Below, in pieces: positions 60,761 through 64,000 of a stretch of 64,000 nt of DNA. A model generated the notes under the pieces. That model worked only from the letters and a program-made list of their open reading frames with translations, searched no databases and was not told the DNA's origin. Source of the stretch: Candidatus Cloacimonadales bacterium (lineage in GTDB: Bacteria; Cloacimonadota; Cloacimonadia; Cloacimonadales; JAFGVF01); NCBI GenBank assembly GCA_963667035.1, contig OY762964.1, positions 384,001-448,000 on the forward strand, written 5' to 3'. The position numbers and the translations under genes are program-made. Every line of letters begins with the position of its first letter. Within the stretch, counting starts at the first letter, position 1.

Positions 60761-61873
60761 ATGGATAAGTTAACATTTTTAAGCAATGTTAAGATTTTTA
60801 AGCAAATTGAGAGTGATAAGCTTCAAAGATTTGCTGAGAAATTTAAGCTTGTTTCTTTAGAGAAGGGGACTGCTTTAATTAGTGAAGGAACAGAAGACAA
60901 TTCTTTATGGATAATTAAATCCGGTTCGGTTGAAATCACGAAAGGCTTGAACCAAACCGGAGATGAAGCCCGTTTAACTATATTAGAGGAGTATGATTGT
61001 GTAGGGGAGATGTCGGTTTTTGGTTTAGGAGAAAGAAGTGCCAATGTTATAGCTTTAACTGACATTGAAGCATATCAGATTAAGGGTGAAGATTTCTTAA
61101 AGCTATGCTATGCAAATCCAATTACTATGTTTAACTTACTTAACACGATGTCAGAAAGACTCTCTCAGACTAATAACAAGATAGCTGAGATGGTGGATTC
61201 CTTTATCATGAAGAACAAACTGTTCACTTTAAGTCAGACACTAAGTAAAATAATGCATGATGTTAGAGTACCTCTGACTTCTATCTTCATTAGTTGTCAA
61301 TTGATGAGTGATGAATTTCCAGAGACTTCTGAATACTTAGGGGAAATTAATAAAAGTGCAGAAAAAATATCGGAAATTATTGAAGAGATAGTAGAGTTTG
61401 TTAAAGGTAATCAAGTTGATTTATACTTTGAAAAATACAGTACAAAGCAACTTTTCCCGGCAATGGAAAGTTACATAAAGAAACTTAGTAAGTTTAAGAA
61501 TCTAACTATTCATTGGGATAACAATGCTCCTGAGCACTATTATCTTGATATTGTCAGATTTAGAAGGCTGTTTGATAATCTAGCTAAAAATGCAGTTAAT
61601 GCCGTAGCTGACGACGGAAACATATATCTGAGTTTTTCGGGAAGAGAGGACTATATTAAGTTTTCAATTAAGGATGATGGACCAGGAATCTCAGAAGAGA
61701 AGCTAACTCATTTATATGAACCTTTTAAAACTAATTCTACACAAAAGGGTAAAGGGATAGGACTTGCTATTTGTAAGAAGATAGTTAATGACCACGGAGG
61801 TACAATCAGTTATTCAAGAGCCGATACCGGTGGTGCAGAGTTTTATGTGGAATTGCCAATTATAATGAATTAG
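60761..61873 (+). CDS. cNMP-binding domain histidine kinase
   Basis: GEMS...RSANV cNMP domain; HDVRVP, DDGPG, GIGLA. Confidence 0.88.
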   Translation: MDKLTFLSNVKIFKQIESDKLQRFAEKFKLVSLEKGTALISEGTEDNSLWIIKSGSVEITKGLNQTGDEARLTILEEYDCVGEMSVFGLGERSANVIALTDIEAYQIKGEDFLKLCYANPITMFNLLNTMSERLSQTNNKIAEMVDSFIMKNKLFTLSQTLSKIMHDVRVPLTSIFISCQLMSDEFPETSEYLGEINKSAEKISEIIEEIVEFVKGNQVDLYFEKYSTKQLFPAMESYIKKLSKFKNLTIHWDNNAPEHYYLDIVRFRRLFDNLAKNAVNAVADDGNIYLSFSGREDYIKFSIKDDGPGISEEKLTHLYEPFKTNSTQKGKGIGLAICKKIVNDHGGTISYSRADTGGAEFYVELPIIMN

Positions 61874-61925
61874 AAAAGCATTTGGCTTGACATTTACATT
61901 ATTACATTAAAAAGGTCTCAGATGT

Positions 61926-62002
61926 GTCCCCGTAGCTCAGCTGGATAGAGCGTTTGACTCCGGATCAAAAGGTCGTGCGTTCGAATCGCACCGGGGACGC
62001 CA
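61926..62002 (+). tRNA. tRNA-Arg(CCG)
   Basis: Acceptor GTCCCCG/CGGGGAC, anticodon arm TTTGA-CTCCGGA-TCAAA, GTGCG-TTCGAAT-CGCAC, CCA. Confidence 0.97.
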
Positions 62003-62008
62003 CAGGCT

Positions 62009-64000
62009 TTACTTGTTGTTTATTTTCAAATAGGCTTTTTCCAATCCCTTTCTAAGTGAATTAACTGACACTGGCTTTGTTAGATAAGAATCCATATCAT
62101 CTGTAATTATCTTTTCCAGTTGATCGGCAATTGCGTGGGCTGTTAGCGCAATAATATACGGTTGTTTAATTTTATTACCCATAGCTCTGACTCTTGCAGA
62201 GGCTTTTACTCCATCCATAATCGGCATTTGAATATCCATAAGTATTACATCAAATTCCCGTTTATCTATTGAAGTTAAAACACCTTCTCCCGACTCAACT
62301 ATCTCCGGCTCATAACCTAAGCGCTCCAATATCTTCCTTATCACTTTCTGATTTATATAATTATCCTCAGCAACCAGAATCTTGAGAGGGAATTTTTCTG
62401 CCATATTTCTATCGAATCCAATCTCTTTATGTTCATATTCAACTTCCTCGTCACTGTTTGAGAATAGATTATGTATAACTCGATATAGATTAGATATCTT
62501 CACTGGTTTTGTAAGTACTCTGTCACAAAATGGTTTGCACTCTTCAATGTTGCCTGCTGAAGTTAGAATTAAAAGAGGAAGGTTCGTAAGTTTCAAATCT
62601 GTCTTTATATTTCTACATAACTCAGCTCCATCCATCTCCGGCATCAAATAATCGGAGATAACAATATCAAATTCCTCTTCCTTTAGAAACTCTAATGCTT
62701 CAAAAGGAGTCTCAACCGCTACCGAACTCATTCCCCACCAAGAGAGTTGGTGCTTCAAAATCTGTCTGTTTTTATCATTATCATCTACTATCAAAGCATG
62801 CTTACTTTCAAGATTAGGTTGCTCTTTTTTGTTAAAGATTTTTTCTTTGGTCTTACCTGCAATTACTTGTATATCAAAATGGAATATAGAACCTGAGCCG
62901 AACTTGCTTTCTACCCACATTGCTCCACCCATCATTTCACTCAATCTCTTTGATATTGCTAGCCCAAGACCTGTTCCACCGAATTTTCTGGTAGTGGAGG
63001 CATCTACTTGACTAAAGGATTTAAAAAGCCTGTTTAACTTATTTTCTTCTATTCCTATTCCTGTATCGGCAACCTTGAACTCAATTCTGTATACATCATC
63101 AATCTTTTCACTGGATAATTCAATCAGTATTTCTCCTTTATCAGTAAATTTTATAGCATTTCCAACAAGATTGATGAGGATCTGTCTCAATTTATTCTTA
63201 TCTCCGACGATTGTACGAGGAACATCATCACAGATTTGATAGATAAGCTCTATTCCTTTCTTATTAGCAGCACTGGAGAAGATATCAAGAACTTCTTCAA
63301 CTAGTTCTACTATTTCAAATGGAATATTCTCTAGTTCAAGCTTACCTGCTTCTATTTTTGAGTAATCCAGAATATCATTAATAATTGCCAGGAGAGCATC
63401 ACTACTGATTTTTATTGTCTCAACAAAGTCTTTCTGTTCATCACTCATTTTGGTGTCGAACATAAGATAGGACATCCCTATTATAGCATTGAGGGGAGTT
63501 CGAATCTCATGACTCATATTTGCAAGGAATGAAGACTTGGCTCTATTTGCTGCCTTCTCCGCTCTCATTGCCTGTTTCGCAGCTCTTTCTGCTTTCTTTC
63601 TATCTGATATATCTGTAAGTGTAACAATAGTTTCTTGAGAATCAGGAAGCATTACTACAGTAGCTAGCACGTCTTTAACAATTCCCTTTTTATCAATAAA
63701 CTTAAACTCGTACTTATTAGGGATGTGTGGATCACCTTCCCATCTACGCTTTTGATATTGTTGTATCTTCTCAATCTGGGAAGGATGGACAAATTCGTAC
63801 CATTTCTTCTTACCTATGACTTCTTTTCTTTTGTAGCCAGATAGTACTTCGAATTCAAAATTAACCATCGTTAAAAAGTTATCATTAGATACAGAAATGG
63901 TTGCTGAACCATTGTTCTCGAAAACTCTTCTGAATCTTTTTTCTTTTAATATGATTTCTTGTGTTGCCTTTCTCTCTTTAGTTACATCGAGTCCTGTCAA
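62009..64000 (-). CDS. PAS hybrid histidine kinase with two receiver domains (5' end outside window)
   Basis: PAS, FLANMSHEIRTP, GGTGLGL, two REC domains (DYLMP, DIQMP). Confidence 0.92.
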   Translation of the reverse strand: MTGLDVTKERKATQEIILKEKRFRRVFENNGSATISVSNDNFLTMVNFEFEVLSGYKRKEVIGKKKWYEFVHPSQIEKIQQYQKRRWEGDPHIPNKYEFKFIDKKGIVKDVLATVVMLPDSQETIVTLTDISDRKKAERAAKQAMRAEKAANRAKSSFLANMSHEIRTPLNAIIGMSYLMFDTKMSDEQKDFVETIKISSDALLAIINDILDYSKIEAGKLELENIPFEIVELVEEVLDIFSSAANKKGIELIYQICDDVPRTIVGDKNKLRQILINLVGNAIKFTDKGEILIELSSEKIDDVYRIEFKVADTGIGIEENKLNRLFKSFSQVDASTTRKFGGTGLGLAISKRLSEMMGGAMWVESKFGSGSIFHFDIQVIAGKTKEKIFNKKEQPNLESKHALIVDDNDKNRQILKHQLSWWGMSSVAVETPFEALEFLKEEEFDIVISDYLMPEMDGAELCRNIKTDLKLTNLPLLILTSAGNIEECKPFCDRVLTKPVKISNLYRVIHNLFSNSDEEVEYEHKEIGFDRNMAEKFPLKILVAEDNYINQKVIRKILERLGYEPEIVESGEGVLTSIDKREFDVILMDIQMPIMDGVKASARVRAMGNKIKQPYIIALTAHAIADQLEKIITDDMDSYLTKPVSVNSLRKGLEKAYLKINNK

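Noticed and set aside
3544..63011. Numerous 60-130 aa ORFs antisense to or nested in long genes
   Set aside because: Shadow ORFs overlapping well-supported genes, with no motifs or RBS.

Overview
AT-rich bacterial chromosomal window, probably Candidatus Cloacimonadota (inferred from many secreted proteins ending in an FlgD/T9SS-like 'YPNPFNP...KMMLLK' domain). The main accessory feature spans 449-15577. It is an integrase-less island bounded by tRNA-Lys(CTT) and a degenerate 52-bp copy of that tRNA's 3' half. The island carries a type III-D CRISPR-Cas system with III-Dv-like gene architecture (HD-less cas10, cas7-cas5-cas11, cas7-cas7, csx19, cas7-insertion), a Csm6-like CARF-HEPN effector, a Cas6-RT-Cas1 fusion and cas2, between two co-oriented arrays with homologous leaders. 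Two repeat variants are nested (one on all cas-proximal repeats, the other on all outer repeats), suggesting the cas cassette was exchanged or inserted by repeat-repeat recombination. The rest is largely housekeeping: polA, mazG, nnr, dapD, lon, pit, addAB-like, add, tyrS, glnA, hldD, histidine kinases and tRNA-Arg. It also holds an IS1182 with a 22-bp duplicated terminator, an internally deleted IS3, mosaic tandem surface-protein paralogs separated by REP-like doublets, and five unexplained intergenic elements made of 11-bp-phased direct-then-inverted repeats. All calls come from reading sequence motifs; no database searches were run.
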